A stretch of 60,052 nucleotides of DNA, counting the filler, from Sphacelaria rigidula (taxonomy: Eukaryota): the NCBI GenBank assembly GCA_964200075.2. It is 4 parts of 4 records of this genome, joined end to end, with 100 filler letters (N's around TTAATTAATTAA, not from the genome) between each part and the next. Parts side by side here need not be neighbours in the genome. Positions count along the whole stretch, not along the records: positions 1 to 14,942 come from CAXNAA020001980.1; 3 more parts are not named here. The stretch is one strand, 5' to 3'. The notes under the pieces are model-generated. The model worked only from the letters and a program-made list of their open reading frames with translations. It did not search any database and was not told the DNA's origin. Below are positions 1 through 12,880 of this stretch, one piece after another. The translations under genes and the position numbers were made by a program. Every line of letters starts with the position of its first letter. The stretch's first letter is position 1.

Positions 1-1361
1 GTGAATTTGGTGATTTTGAGTCGTGATGATTTGTCCTAACCGTGAAAGATTCACGTGCAAAGCGTGTGCGGAGAAAATCTAAAGTGACAAGGCTGGATGG
101 AAGAATACCTGTGCAACGCCCACTCCGGCTGCCAGCCTGTTTGCACGGCCGTCCCGGGAGTGGTGGGACTATCTGTACCGGGATGTCGCCCCCGGTACCA
201 GGTGCGCCGGCAAGGGCCCGTCGTGCAACCCACTGGTCGCGCGACAGGAGCTAAACCTTCGACTGTTTTGGAGCGGAAACTTTCACTTCCCAACCCTCAT
301 ATATATAGCGGTTCATAAACGATGCTTGTTCGTTTCTTCGAGCGTTCATCCATAACTGGGCGAAGATTGATGATGAGGCCAGCAGGATTCGTTGCAGTCA
401 GCGTGCTCAACTGTCAACTGTACCCACTATAATCGTCATCAGATAACAGGGTGGTGAAATAAAAAGTGCGACGCACCGTGGATATCCATAACGGTTTCGA
501 TGCAGACCGGATCATCAGCGACTTCTCCTGCTGCAGCTGTGACTGTGAAACCTCGCTCTGATACTAGTCTACACATTCTCTCCACGGCTAAGCTGCCAAA
601 ACACCGCCTCCACGATGTGGAAAAGAATAACACTGACACAGCTCATCTGTACGGAATAATAATGGGCGAAGGGATCATACCTCTACTACCCTTCTCTCTG
701 GGCCTCCTGCGCGAGGTAGAATTTTCCTGGCAACACGCATGGTTGATTGTGAAAAGCTTTCCCGACTTTCGGAGCGAGTCAACCCCCCCGCCCCCCCTCC
801 CCCCACCCCACCCCCGTCAACCACGGAAATAAATATCTTGACCGTCTGGAGGCGAAACTGTTCCGAGCCGCCGTGTCATAACTGAGCTTCATCGCTGAAC
901 ACTTGGAGTGATTCAACTGAATGCTCGAGTGATCGCCGTACATGGACTAATCAGCCATGAAACGAAATCCAGCCGTGGTCACAAGACACAGGACGGGCGC
1001 ACCAGGGCAAATGATGTAGACGGGCAGGACTAGACTGCATTGCCATCTCTGAGGTTTGGGACTGACAATGACACCTTCAACGTCGAAAGTGCCGTCAGTA
1101 ATGGCAGTGCTGCACTCTATGCCAGAGTCTCCACAGAACCACACGCAACTTCGTTCACTGCGAGACTTGGTCCTGCGCAGACAGTACATTCGCACTATGG
1201 TATCATGGGACATCAGGACACAACAGCAGCGCAATCCGCGTCCTATCCTACCTGACACCGAAATCTCAACGAGCGCTCAACACCCCAACCGGATGGAACA
1301 TGCCTCACCCGCAAACTCGAAAACGGACATCCCAAGACATACGAACATACCACAAATGCAC

Positions 1362-1598
1362 CTGGGATGCTGATATTGCCTCATTGATGGCATTCGTTTG
1401 AGCTATGGTCTGCTCGTTCTGCATGGCCAAATCAACAGCTGCCGGGTCAGGTGCATCGGCACTAGGAGCAGGGGCAGCAGACTGTTGCTCCGCGGTAGCG
1501 GGCACTGCTTTATCTCCAGTGTGGGTGGAAGGCGGCGCAGCTGCATTCTCTTCTGCGCTTGGACCAGGAGGAGGTGCAGTGCTCTCTTGTTCACTCAT
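1362..1598 (-). CDS. First coding exon of a gene running towards or beyond the left edge; possibly an otubain-like deubiquitinase N-terminus
   Basis: ATG at 1598, 79 codons (MSEQESTAPPPG...AVDLAMQNEQTIAQTNAINEAISASQ), ending at a CAG|GTGCAT donor. The C-terminal part loosely resembles the otubain segment 'LAYDEAIMAQQDRIQQEIAVQ'. No further exons were found, so the product is an inference. Confidence 0.5.
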
Positions 1599-3000
1599 GC
1601 TGATATATGTGTTTGTGCGATGGCTCAACACCACGTTGCACAGCGCGTCAAGTACGGTACGGCGGTGAGAACAACGTTGGTCTTGGCAGCATTTCAAGGC
1701 TTCGTGTGGATTTATTTCGCTTGTCATGTTCTATTTTGGATAATGATAATATGTGTACCGAGACTGGGGTTCTTGGGCAAGAACAATGAACAGTGGGTAC
1801 TGTACTGCATCACTCTGTAGACATACCCTTCGCCTTCACTGCAGCAACGCGTCGTTTTAAGAAAAATAACACAAGATGAACTCGGCTGCTAATGCCTCCA
1901 GGAGGATGCTCGCCCGCTCGGTAATCAGAGTGCCGCTGGCTAAGAAAGCGCCTGTTCCTTCTGGCATTCGAAGTATCAACTCCGGCGCACACGCTGCTGC
2001 TGTCGCCCTTGGGAAGGTTAGTAAGTACTGTCGTATTTTGGTTTAGTGTACCAGTGTACTGTACTCTTGTACTGTTGTACCGGACTGGACTGGACTGTTG
2101 TGACGTGCGGGTCGACGTCTTGCTGGCAAGGATGCGGCCGGGGAACTGGGCAGGGATTTGCGTTGTAATCACTCGAGCATATCCTGTACTGCGTGCGCAG
2201 TGGTTGCAGTGGTTGCTTTGGGCGGCAGGTGTTTGGTCGGGAAGTTGCGGTGCTTGCTTTCCCTGCACCTGTTTCGGCGGGGTATATGGTTGTTCATCTC
2301 CATGTTGCACTAAACCACAGGGTGGGTGAGTGTCCCAGAAAGTAGGCGAGAGTTTACGAGTCAGGATGATACTAGCACCTGTTGCGTGCCGTTGCTGAAT
2401 GCTTCAGCTTCTGTGAAGCGACCATTCGGTCGAGTGTGGAGCCATGAACGCAGGCATGCTGCAGACACCGCTCGACATTGTCATGCAACAGAGTCCTGTT
2501 GTACAAGGACACAGTACAGTACAGTCGTCTCATGTGTTTGAGACATCATGTGTCGTGCCAGTGACGAAAACAAACGGAAGTGTTACATTTTGTCATGTGT
2601 GGAAAGATTGTACTGCCTCCAACCGCCATGGCACACAGCAACCTCAACTTGGGAACATCTCCGAACTGCTGTCTGTAGTATCGTATCGTGTAGTACGCCC
2701 CTAGTACGGGACGTGTGCAAATGGCCCAGTTATATGGGGTACATGTATGCCCGCATAGTAAGTTCATGACTGCGGCTGTACATTCATCGACGCGTTCATG
2801 TCCTCCTCCCGCGTAGGACACGGATTCCCCATCAGCAGATGAATACGAAAGTAGTTGGCACTTGATACTATAAAAGGTACCTGTATAATTATTTTACTAT
2901 ACTTGGAGCACCCTCAAGTTCATGTTCTGCACCTGCAACTTTGTGGAAGGGTAAGGGTAGTGTGTATCGTGGACGCGTTGTGTATTGTCGTGTTGTCATG

Positions 3001-3334
3001 CCATCTACTCTGCACCCCCCTATTAACCTTTTGATCTACACGTATGTGACCGAATCAGCCGGGGTAACGCAGTAGGAAGGTCAACACACGGGAGTTTTTT
3101 TTGGGGGGGGGGTTTCGTACCCGAGCTCCCTTCTGCGGTGGTTGCCGTTCTTTTTCATCGGGAGAAGGGTTTAACGGTCCCTCTCATCGTCGCCTGTGAA
3201 GTCGAATTCTGTGTACCCACGACAAAGTCGCTCTCCTTTGTTGAGCATGATGTGAGGAAAAAAATCCCAGATCGTGTGATTTCACCGAGATTCGAACGCA
3301 CGACCCAACCGTCAGAAGCTTTCGAGTTTCCAAC
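3001..3334 (-). mobile_element. tRNA-derived SINE (family 1), copy 1
   Basis: The body (cagccgggg..gaagg.caacac, ttctgcggtg, tcgaatt.tgtgtacccacgac, gtgag.aaaaatccca) is repeated at 47258-47551. A pol III B-box-like GTTCGAATC lies on the minus strand at ~3289-3297. Confidence 0.7.
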
Positions 3335-3824
3335 GGGGGTGTGAAAATCAGAAAATTGCTCGCGAGTCCGTTCTGAGACTTTGAACGACAAGGAAATTGA
3401 GCAATGGTTGAGGACCGACACCAGGTTCAATCATAAGCTTCGTCCTCCAGTGTTCAAAACCTGTCAACACAATTTTTTTCGCGTTCGATCTGTGTTCAGT
3501 GCCAGAAACTCAGCTCTGATCTTCTTATTCACATGCCTGTCTCGATAAGATCATCATCTGTGAAAATATTCGCGCGACCTACGAGGTGGAGCCAAAATAT
3601 AAATATATTTCGATCGCACACGAAAGAACTCAAGAAAGGGGTGGGGACACCATCGTCTCGACGGAATGTTTGCCGAATACTGATGTACATCACCGATCTA
3701 AGTGCACCGTGGACAACAATCACTAGCTGTTGCACCAGGAAATAAGTGTACTGCGTGAAGTATCGATCGGCAAGGGTTGATGATTAATCAAGAGTTTATT
3801 AAAGTAGACGATATACATTTCAAA

Positions 3825-4293
3825 TGTTGTTCTGTAGGGTACGCGTATGGTCTGTAGGGTGCGGGATTTCTTACAAAACTTTCAGAAATATCGGGTACCG
3901 GTTTGAAAGTCTTGGAGGAATCACAGAACTCGTCGGGTACTGCATGGGGGGCTTACAGAAAACCATACCGGCAATCGGGAATCTCTTTCAGGGCATTCCC
4001 GCGCTCCGCGTAAGGGCATAAAATATGTACATGAAGCACAGAACTGTTATCGGGCAGGGTATGGAGGCTGCACAGAAAACCGCGCCCGCAACGGGGTATC
4101 TTATCAAGAGCATACCCGTGCCCCTGGTAACGGTACGGGACTCTTACAGAACTCACGCAACTATCGGGTAAGGTTGTGAAAGTCTTACAGACTTCACAGA
4201 TTTGTTGGGTACCGGTATGAAAGTGTCTGGGTACGTTTAATACCCAGGAAAGTACCCCGGGTATACAGAGAACCGGACCCTACAGAAGACAAC
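3825..4293. mobile_element. MITE with terminal inverted repeats and internal sub-repeats
   Basis: TIRs TGTTGTTCTGTAGGGT ... ACCCTACAGAAGACAAC; many internal ACAGAA(C) and TCGGGTA repeats; no coding capacity. Confidence 0.7.
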
Positions 4294-5333
4294 CTCGTAC
4301 AGTTCCTCCATCATGACTGATTGATTGTTTATTTCACATCAGCTGACTGCAACAATCCAGCCCGTGGTCAGGAGCAGTAAAAAGTTCCTTCATCATACAG
4401 TAAATAGGGTTTTGTGCCGATGAATTATTCAGTTTTTGTTCCAATTCAAGCAGTCATGTTCCCCAGCATCACTTGTATCGAGCCTAGGAGAGAAACCATA
4501 CTGGAAAGAGTGGTGATCACAATCAGCACGGACAGCTAGCGCAGCAGGCGTGTATCGGCAATGGAGGAATCAGCGTGACAAAGGACGAACGTCACTGCAC
4601 AGATCGCATGTAGTTGCTGATGTCCTCAAAACCTGCCCCCGTCCGGGAGTCCACGACTAAATTGGTACTGTCTGTGTTGTCAGAGATGAGGGCGCCACTC
4701 TGTGCACACGACTACTGACCACTGTATTGTTGACCATGTCTGGCGTGGAACTAGACTTGCATACCGTGTCACTTTCGTGTCTTGTTTGGTTTAATGGTGG
4801 AACGCATAATACCTTGTGCTTCCGAGACTACGGGGAGGTGATGCCACCATGTGACAACAGATGCAATGCTTAGCTTCGAAATATTCAAAATGATGGAGGT
4901 TGATGACTGCTGTATTATAGTGCGAAGACAAGAGCCACGGCAGAGATGGGTTGTCTCGTTACTGTTGTCATACATCCTAGATTTATACTTTGTTTTTGTT
5001 GTTGTTGCATGCCTAGCGTATTTCAGGGTGTGGTGGCCAGTCCGCGTCCTTGGATACGTCACCCTCGAGTCGCATTGCATGTCGCCGATCACCTGTCTCG
5101 AATACATGGACGTGTGTTGAACCCGTCTACCGTGGACAAGACGCCGCCAACGTTGTTGCGCTGGCAACAGTAGCGTTGCCGTGCACTTTCAGTGTTTCGT
5201 CAATGACCTGCCTTCGTACTGTACTGTGTTGTGGTCAATTGAAAGCTGTTGTGCGGCTGCGCTGTATCGTAACCTTACACCGTGTGTGATATTGATCAAC
5301 CAGTACATTTCTTGCTGCCCTGAAACGTGCAAT

Positions 5334-8300
5334 ATGCAGGCTGACAGGTACTACCTATTGGGTGCCTCTGCTCTGCTGGCGGGAGCAACGTTCACCCAAT
5401 CCAGGGTCCACGCGGCTGCCCCGGCTGTGGACTACGCTGCAGTCGAGAAGGTACCACCACCAGTGACAGCCATGCGACGTTTCTCTCTGTATGTTTTGCT
5501 AACTTTGTTCTTGCAACTGCTCTGCACGTGCTGATTTGACTCCTAGTCGGGCTATGGTGGTGCAATTTCAATAGTCGTTGTCCAGTAGTCCTGCTCGTAA
5601 GTTTGGCCACCCAGTTATCATGTTATACTCGCACGAGCGTTTCGACCAGACTGCGTTGCTGCGATAGCGAGAGACTCTTGATTTATATCGGCAGCCCGTT
5701 AGAAGCCTTGATTTTGTGAAACGCTGTTGTGTTGATACGACGTGATTTCTATAACGAAATGATACCTTGGCAGGATCTTGTGGAGATGATGGAGGCTGAT
5801 GACGCGAAGAGGGATGACGGTACCAGCATTGCGGGAACTCTTGTGCGCCTCGCGTGGCACGCTTCTGGGACTTACTCCAAGGTCAGCAAGCAGGCTTGAC
5901 TTGTTATTACAGGCAACACGTACCAGAGTTGAACTTCGATACGCGAAGAGCGGACAGTTAGTTGCCAAGAGCTTGGTGGTAGCCCTCGCTCGTATAGCAG
6001 TAAATCAACTCAAGGGGAGCACAAGAAACATCTGCGTACCCACTATTTTGCCAGATTGTTGACTAGCAAGCGGGTGCACAAGGTAGCTGTATCTGTGTTG
6101 GTCTCGCTTTGAAGCTCTTTCTTGCATTTGCGAATCTTCCGCGATATCGAACCGGCACCTTTAGTTTCTTTTCGTGACCGGGATCGTCAACATGAATTTA
6201 TGCATGAATGCCCGGAGAAACATTTTAAACCCGAAGAAGAGGTGAGGTCCGTCCTAGGCGGGTTCGCCGACTGCTTGCGAACGTGCTATCGCGTCTTCGC
6301 AGTTCACTAGAATATCGGCGCGCGTTGCTGTATCAATCTGATTTCGCTGTTGACCTTACGCTCCCTTCGTTGCGCACTGACCTGTTGCTACAGTAGTTGT
6401 ATATCTGACGACTATTTAGTTCCACCTAGTTGCGCTCAAACCAGCTTTACTCCCGGCGTGCTGCGCGCAGCAGGGTGTGTGATAGCTTGAAATTCTGCCG
6501 TGTGACTTCTCCGAAGCTGGGGCGCTATTTTGTTTTTGTGTGAGGGTCAAGGATGCCCCGAATGTGTCAATCTTGGTGTCTTGCTTGCTTGGGTATGGAA
6601 TACTGTTAGCAGGGTGTGGTATCTTCCATGACGAGTTACGACCTTCAGACGTTCGAGTTTTGAGCTGTAGACCCAGGGGAACAAGCTCAAGGGAAGCCAA
6701 GCCATGCTATGAAAGAACGCGCATTTTTCCCGAAGAAGGAGGTAAGGAGTTTTGGTCCGCGGTGAAAACCGTACAAGCTCCTTCACAAGTCAGTGTCACA
6801 GGCTGGCCGCCCTGGTCTGTCGTATGTTGTCAATTGGCGTTTCTGACTCCGTCCGATTGCTGTTGTTCGATTGATCGATTGACGCACATCAACTGATGAT
6901 GATGGTGACAGTGATCCACGAGGCATCCAGCGCCTGTGAACGTCCTTGAAGTCTCGTCGTTCGAGCGCGCTTGTGTCGGGATCTCTCGTTCCAAGTGTGC
7001 AATATGCCTTCTCTCCCTCTCGCTTCACGTACTGCTTTCAGTATAATAGTCGCGGGTATCTTGTAGCCTGTCGTGCAAACTGCTGGAGTATGACGTGACA
7101 GCATGTGTCACAATGCCACGCAACATGGCATGGCGTGATGTGATGGAAACAGGTGGATGGCACGGGAGGATCTAACGGATCTTGTATGCGTATGAGTCCC
7201 GAGAAGGACTGGGGAGCAAACGCTGGTCTTGGCACAGCCCGTGACTTCATGGAAGGTAATAACTTTGATTAATCAAATAAACACATATGGTGGTAAAGGA
7301 AAACGGTCCAAATGTTCATCTGGGCAAGCTGCGCGTAGATGAACTGCTGATCAAGGCACACCAAATGAGCGATCATCAGCGCTGAAGAAGATTTCTTAAC
7401 GGCCGATATTGACGATGCAATACACACTACGGCGTAGCTCGGCAAACACTTGTGGTGACCAACGGGAGGTGAACTCCCCGTATAATGGTAGTGGTGGTAC
7501 TTTGTGATGCTTCGAAGTCAAGCCATGCGTAATTGGCGTGTCGCCTATCCGTGATGAAGGTAGTTGTATGCTGACCAACAATTCACGTTGACGAATATGC
7601 TGTGACAGCTCTGTCTGACTCGAAGTGGGTGGTGACTAACATGCCGTGGTGGCTACTGGACGGGGATTTATGTTGTATAACTGCAACAGGCGTAAAAGCG
7701 AAGTACCCGTCAGCGTCCTACGCTGACCTCTGGACTTTCGCAGGGGTAACCGCTATCAAGTACATGGGCGGACCCACTGTGGCCTGGTCACCCGGCCGTA
7801 CCGACTCGGATGCCCCAACTACCGTACCAGATGGTGAGTGAACGCTCACTTTAGCTCTCGAACTGTTGTGTCGGTATCTATTGGTGCATCGGATAAGCTA
7901 CCTTCATCGCTCTGAGGGTTGATTGCTCGGGCTATCGTGCCATTGTGAAGTGAACATCGCGAAACCCCGGTTCGCGTTATGAAGACTGAACGTTTGTACA
8001 TTGAAGTAAAACCATGATCGAGCGGAAGCGATCACCTGTAATCCTCAAAAAGTATGCGCGGTCGTAACTTTCTCGTGAAAACTCGGGAGAAAATCCTCAG
8101 GTATGATCATGTTCGGTTTTCGGAGTTTCGGGTAAAATAAAGACAATGTTGGGAATAACATTAATGCGAGTCGTCCAGCATTCTCACCAAAGAGATTATA
8201 GGCCTCTCCACCTCCCTCCCCCCGCGCGCCCAATTCTGTCCGTCGATACTTGGGCATGCACAGCACAGTTCTGTGTGTCGTACCTGCGGGTATTCGGTCT

Positions 8301-10771
8301 GCTGTGCAACTCATCTTACACACACACTGTGGTGAAGTACAGCAGGTAGTGTTGCAGTACCTCATCGACATTGCACACGATTCACGAGTGTGCGGCTACG
8401 TAGTGTTTTGCTTCAACGTATATGTCAGGTCTCCATCACTGCGTGCTCTCCACGATATACACACACGACGTGACATGCGCCATCTTTTGTACGGGGAGCG
8501 ATGAATAACAGTGACTAACTTTATCCGATTTTGATGGAAATGGCCAGTAGTATGCCAATACTGAACGTGCCCGCTAACGCCCAACCCAGTTTGAAGAACC
8601 GAATGCGACGATTGAAAGTCGTGCGTACTGTCACTGCGCACCTGTGTGTGTGTGGAGGTTAAAGTCGTGGTTCGCAATAGCCAAAGAGGAAAATGTGTTA
8701 AGCTTGTACCAGTATTGAGTTTGGTACGAAAAGCATGATCTCAGGGTGGGGCGAGATATTTGGATTCATTCTCTCATGCTTGGAGGCCCCCAACATACTG
8801 GGCGTGCTTGTTCGAAAGCCGTGGGCAGAGACTTCCCACAATCCTATCTAAACTACTCGAGAGCCAACGTCGATATCCTGGAACGGGCATATTTCCATAT
8901 TTCAGCGTGATTTTGGCAGTTTTTGCTGACGGCATTTCGGGACTTTCTCTCAACCCACTCGATTGCTTTTTCTTCACATTTTTGGAAAATTGATTGCGGG
9001 AGCTTTCGAAGGAGCCCACCTAAGATATTGGGAGCCTCTATGCATGAGAGAACAAACGCAAGACACTCCGGAAGATTGGGGGTGACGGCGTCCGGTCACG
9101 TCAGCTTCACGTCAGCTTACAGTTGCTTTGCTTCGGGTTCATCGCGGCGTGGAATACACACGAATTGACGGGGCTAAATTGGCTTCCCGCGTTGCACGTC
9201 GTTTGGTGGTCGTAAAAGTTCATCTACCCCCAACGAGTAACAGGAAGCTACCTTACGGGTCTCAAGTACGATATCAAATTACTGGCTCCTTCCTGCATTG
9301 CTTTTCGTGTGTCGATCATAACATGGTGTCAGGTCGTCTACCAAACGCCGATATGGGCACCGTCGGAGGAACTATCCAGCACATTCGCGACATTTTCGGA
9401 CGCATGGGTTTCTCTGACCGCGAGATTGTGGCTCTCCTGGGAGCGCACGCGGTTGGACGCTGCCACACCAATGCCTCAGGTAATTACAACCTAGAACTCA
9501 TCTAAGAAACTGATTCAAGCATCGACACAATATAACGGGGTTGTAGTTCCTCACCCACCGTAATCGGTGCTGTGGTGTCGCTCATGTAGCATGGAGTATT
9601 GGTCGGTCAACCTGTCGAAGTATCGTAGTTGAGATGGCACTACCATACGGTATTGTTTTTCCATATCACACGAGGGTATAATGTAGTTCTGGCGGGACCC
9701 CATTTAGTTTTTCATTCAGGCGGTTAGTTGCTAGGGCTGCATTGGGTAGATCGCCATGGTGTGTTTCAAATGTTGTCCCCACTCTGCATATTTTGCGCGG
9801 CAGGATACTGGGGTCCGTGGACGAACGCGGAGACTACCTTTTCGAACGAGTACTTCCGCTTGCTCGTGGAGGAAAAGTGGACCTTGAAAACCACGCACGA
9901 GGGGAAGAAGTAAGCTCTCGCATTCTACCAAGTTTGTATCTGGTGAAGTGCACGTCGGGTTTTCTTGTCCATGTGTTGAGATTTGTGCTTGGAGAACTCT
10001 CCCGAGCGCTAGGCACGAGTCCCGTTCGTGCTTTGCTCGTCGAGCGCTGTGCGGTGCCTTCGTGACTGGCCCCCAGAGTACACGATGCACGTGATGTGTA
10101 CTGGCCTTGTCTATTTTTCTGGGCGTGTTGCACGTGTAACAGGGCCTCTTCTCTGTTGCCGTATCGGGAAAGACCAATGGGCGCTATAACCTCTTCGTCT
10201 GGCGCACTACTGCCATTCGTGCCATTCGTACTCTCGAGTATGTTAACACGCGATTTTGTTGTTACCCGCAGGTGGGATGGACCGGACCAGTTCGAGGACC
10301 CCAGCGGGCAGATCATGATGTTACCATCTGACATGGCTCTCGTATGGGACAAAGGTGAGCTAGGGCAAATATATCTGCGTGATCATGACATGACGAGTAT
10401 GATGGTAGCTGTCCGCACACGTTCCATAATCGTGCAGGCGAACGACGAAACGAAAAAAACATGCAGTGGTCGCTTCATCCCACTACGCTATCCTAGATGC
10501 GGACAGGGACACTGGCACGAGTATTTCTATGGTACGTGTTTTTCGGTGCTCACCTCACCCTTTTTGTGCGTCGAATGATTTGTTTTGTGCGATTGCAGGC
10601 TTCCGCAAGATTGTGGAAGAGTACACCGCCGATGAGGAAGTGTTCTTCAAGGATTTTTCCGCTGCCTTTGCTAAGCTGCTCGCTCTTGGCACGCCCAAGG
10701 CTGTCAGCGGCGGCGGAGGTGGTGGTTTGCTCAGCTCCATTCTCTCCATGCTCGGCATCGGCCAGAAGTAG
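5334..10771 (+). CDS. CCP1: Cytochrome c peroxidase (class I heme peroxidase), 8 exons, ~326 aa
   Basis: Exons 5334-5450, 5774-5881, 7153-7255, 7690-7833, 9333-9479, 9804-9909, 10272-10354, 10599-10771; all GT-AG and phase-consistent (981 nt). Motifs: distal [37 protein letters not shown], proximal [18 protein letters not shown] (Trp191 equivalent) and MMLPSD (Met230/Met231/Asp235 equivalents, typical of CcP rather than APX). The sequence at 5334-5338 could instead be a splice acceptor, implying an additional 5' exon. Confidence 0.93.
8769..9052. mobile_element. MITE/foldback element in CcP intron 4
   Basis: Imperfect inverted termini TTCTCTCATGC.TGGAGGC.CCCAA ... TTGGGAGCCTCTATGCATGAGAGAA, plus inner TCGAAAGC/GCTTTCGA. 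Confidence 0.6.
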
Positions 10772-12880
10772 AATCACTCGGGCATGTTCGCCATCACAGA
10801 CACAAGCAAGAGTTGGAGGCACTGGAACTTTCCCCTTTTGCCTTGGTTGGACGGGGGTAGAGTGGAGCTAGCTATGCGTTTACGGGGAGGCACGCTTGTT
10901 GCAAGCATAAATGGTTGTAGTTTGGACTGCACTTATGGCACGGGAGACCAAACGCGGCTTGCCTTCATTTTTTTGTGGTTCCCAGCAGTTAATGTGCGAT
11001 GACAGGGGGTACGGTAGGGTGCTGTCACGTTGTTGCCTCGAATGTTGTCGAACCAGCTGAGATTACTTTTTGTACGTTTTGGTGTCTTTTAGTCGTCGAG
11101 CCGTTGGGTTGAGGCGTTAGTTCGGTTGTCTTGGCTTGTAGATGCTTCGTGGACCGCGCCCGCAACGTTCTCGCATCCAAGTGCTCGGGTTGGTTGAATT
11201 GCAATCGTCACAAACGGCGGGGGGAAGGTACGACAGCTAGGGGCGGGGGTGGAGCGGAGGGGCCCGGGCGTTGCTGGTGGTTGTTTTCATCGGCGGTTCT
11301 TGGTTTCCCATTTAATTGACGTGGTCCGTGTTTCGTAGACGGTTATTTTTGGAGATTGTTCATCACTTTTGCGCGTGTTATGTATTGTGAGTGTGCAGTC
11401 ACCGATACTTCGTTAAGGTGGTGGCTGCAGCCCAGACACCATGATCGTTTTTTAATGGTGATCGCCGTACCACTTTTCTTCCTTGAGCAGTAGTACAGCT
11501 TACCAGACGATATTTGCTTATTGGTTGTCATATGCTCGACATGCTGCTTGGAAAAATGGCGATGAGGAAATTAAAGAAGCGAGGGTCGCATGATTCAACA
11601 CACGAAACGATGCCCACAAGAAACGACGCTTGATTTCTGCTAGCAATTAGAGATACCACGAATTCCTACAAACAAGGTATGTATTGATGGTTGAAGTCAG
11701 TCGATGATGATCAATATGAGGGCATGGTGTACATGGGAGCCACTGTACACCTACGGGTATCATCCTCCAGTAAAGGGGACTACAGCAGGAGTAGTACTAC
11801 TGTGTCGGCTGTCAACAGTGTTGAAACAGAAGAAGGTGGAAACCATGGGCTTGCACGCGTCAAGTTCAAAGGGATTGGACACTCCGGCGGCTGGCTGTAT
11901 TTTAATGGTGCTATCCTGAGGTATCCTCAACTTCTTTATCCATCTGTATTTCGCTGTTGAACTCTTCCAATTTTAACAACCAGGGTCAGCCAACTGTTGA
12001 ATCGGCATCATCCTTTCACTCGAAAAATATATTGAGGGCCCAAATAATCCACCGTTCTGGTCGAGGCGCAATGAACTGGTCGATCTTCGTATAATGGGTT
12101 TCATATATTTGCGCTAACTGTACTGTGGTGATCTACTCAAGGTCCACCTGAAGGGCGGGCTTGGGGTCCAGCAAGTGGTCGATGGGATTGACCCTTAGAA
12201 TGCCCCAGCGGACACCTGAGTCTGCTCGTCATTATTTCACATGACATGCGAATGACGCTGTTCTAAGCGATGGGGAACCCTGCGGTGATGGAAAGGGGCG
12301 GGAAACCATCGTTTCAAGGGCGAAAGGGAAGCTTATAAGTTGGTCATATTCAACTTCACGTACGTCTATTTCTCGGGAACTCAGAGATACATCGGTCTGT
12401 CGTTGATGAGAGTTGGGCCGCTTCCTCTACCAACAGTTTGAAGGCGACGACTCCCCAGGGGAGCCAGCACTAGCAGCGGGACAAACGAGTAGTGCTACAC
12501 CATAACCTTGCCCAGAATAACGCTTGCTACGGGTGCAGCATACAGTATCACCAAGCACTCTTCATTCCGTTCACACCAACCGCGTGTGTGTCGTTTCGGC
12601 TGAAGGGTGGAGGTGGCAGTGCGCTCTTCAGCAAGCGTCCAAGTTGAGCATTAACTGGTAAAAAGCTACAAGACCAGCTGCGTGTGACATTATATTGGAG
12701 GAGGGTCGGGGGGAGGGGGGCGGCGGGGGTGGGAGGGGGGGGGGGGGTGATAGTTCACATTCACACGGAGACTGCAGAGCGATTATTCTAGGCGATTAAA
12801 CGGATCAAAAGCCCGAGGAACAAGGAACAGGGCCTCTTGCCACCTGAACGTCATTTCAGCTGCAGGTCGTCACCTCCAAG

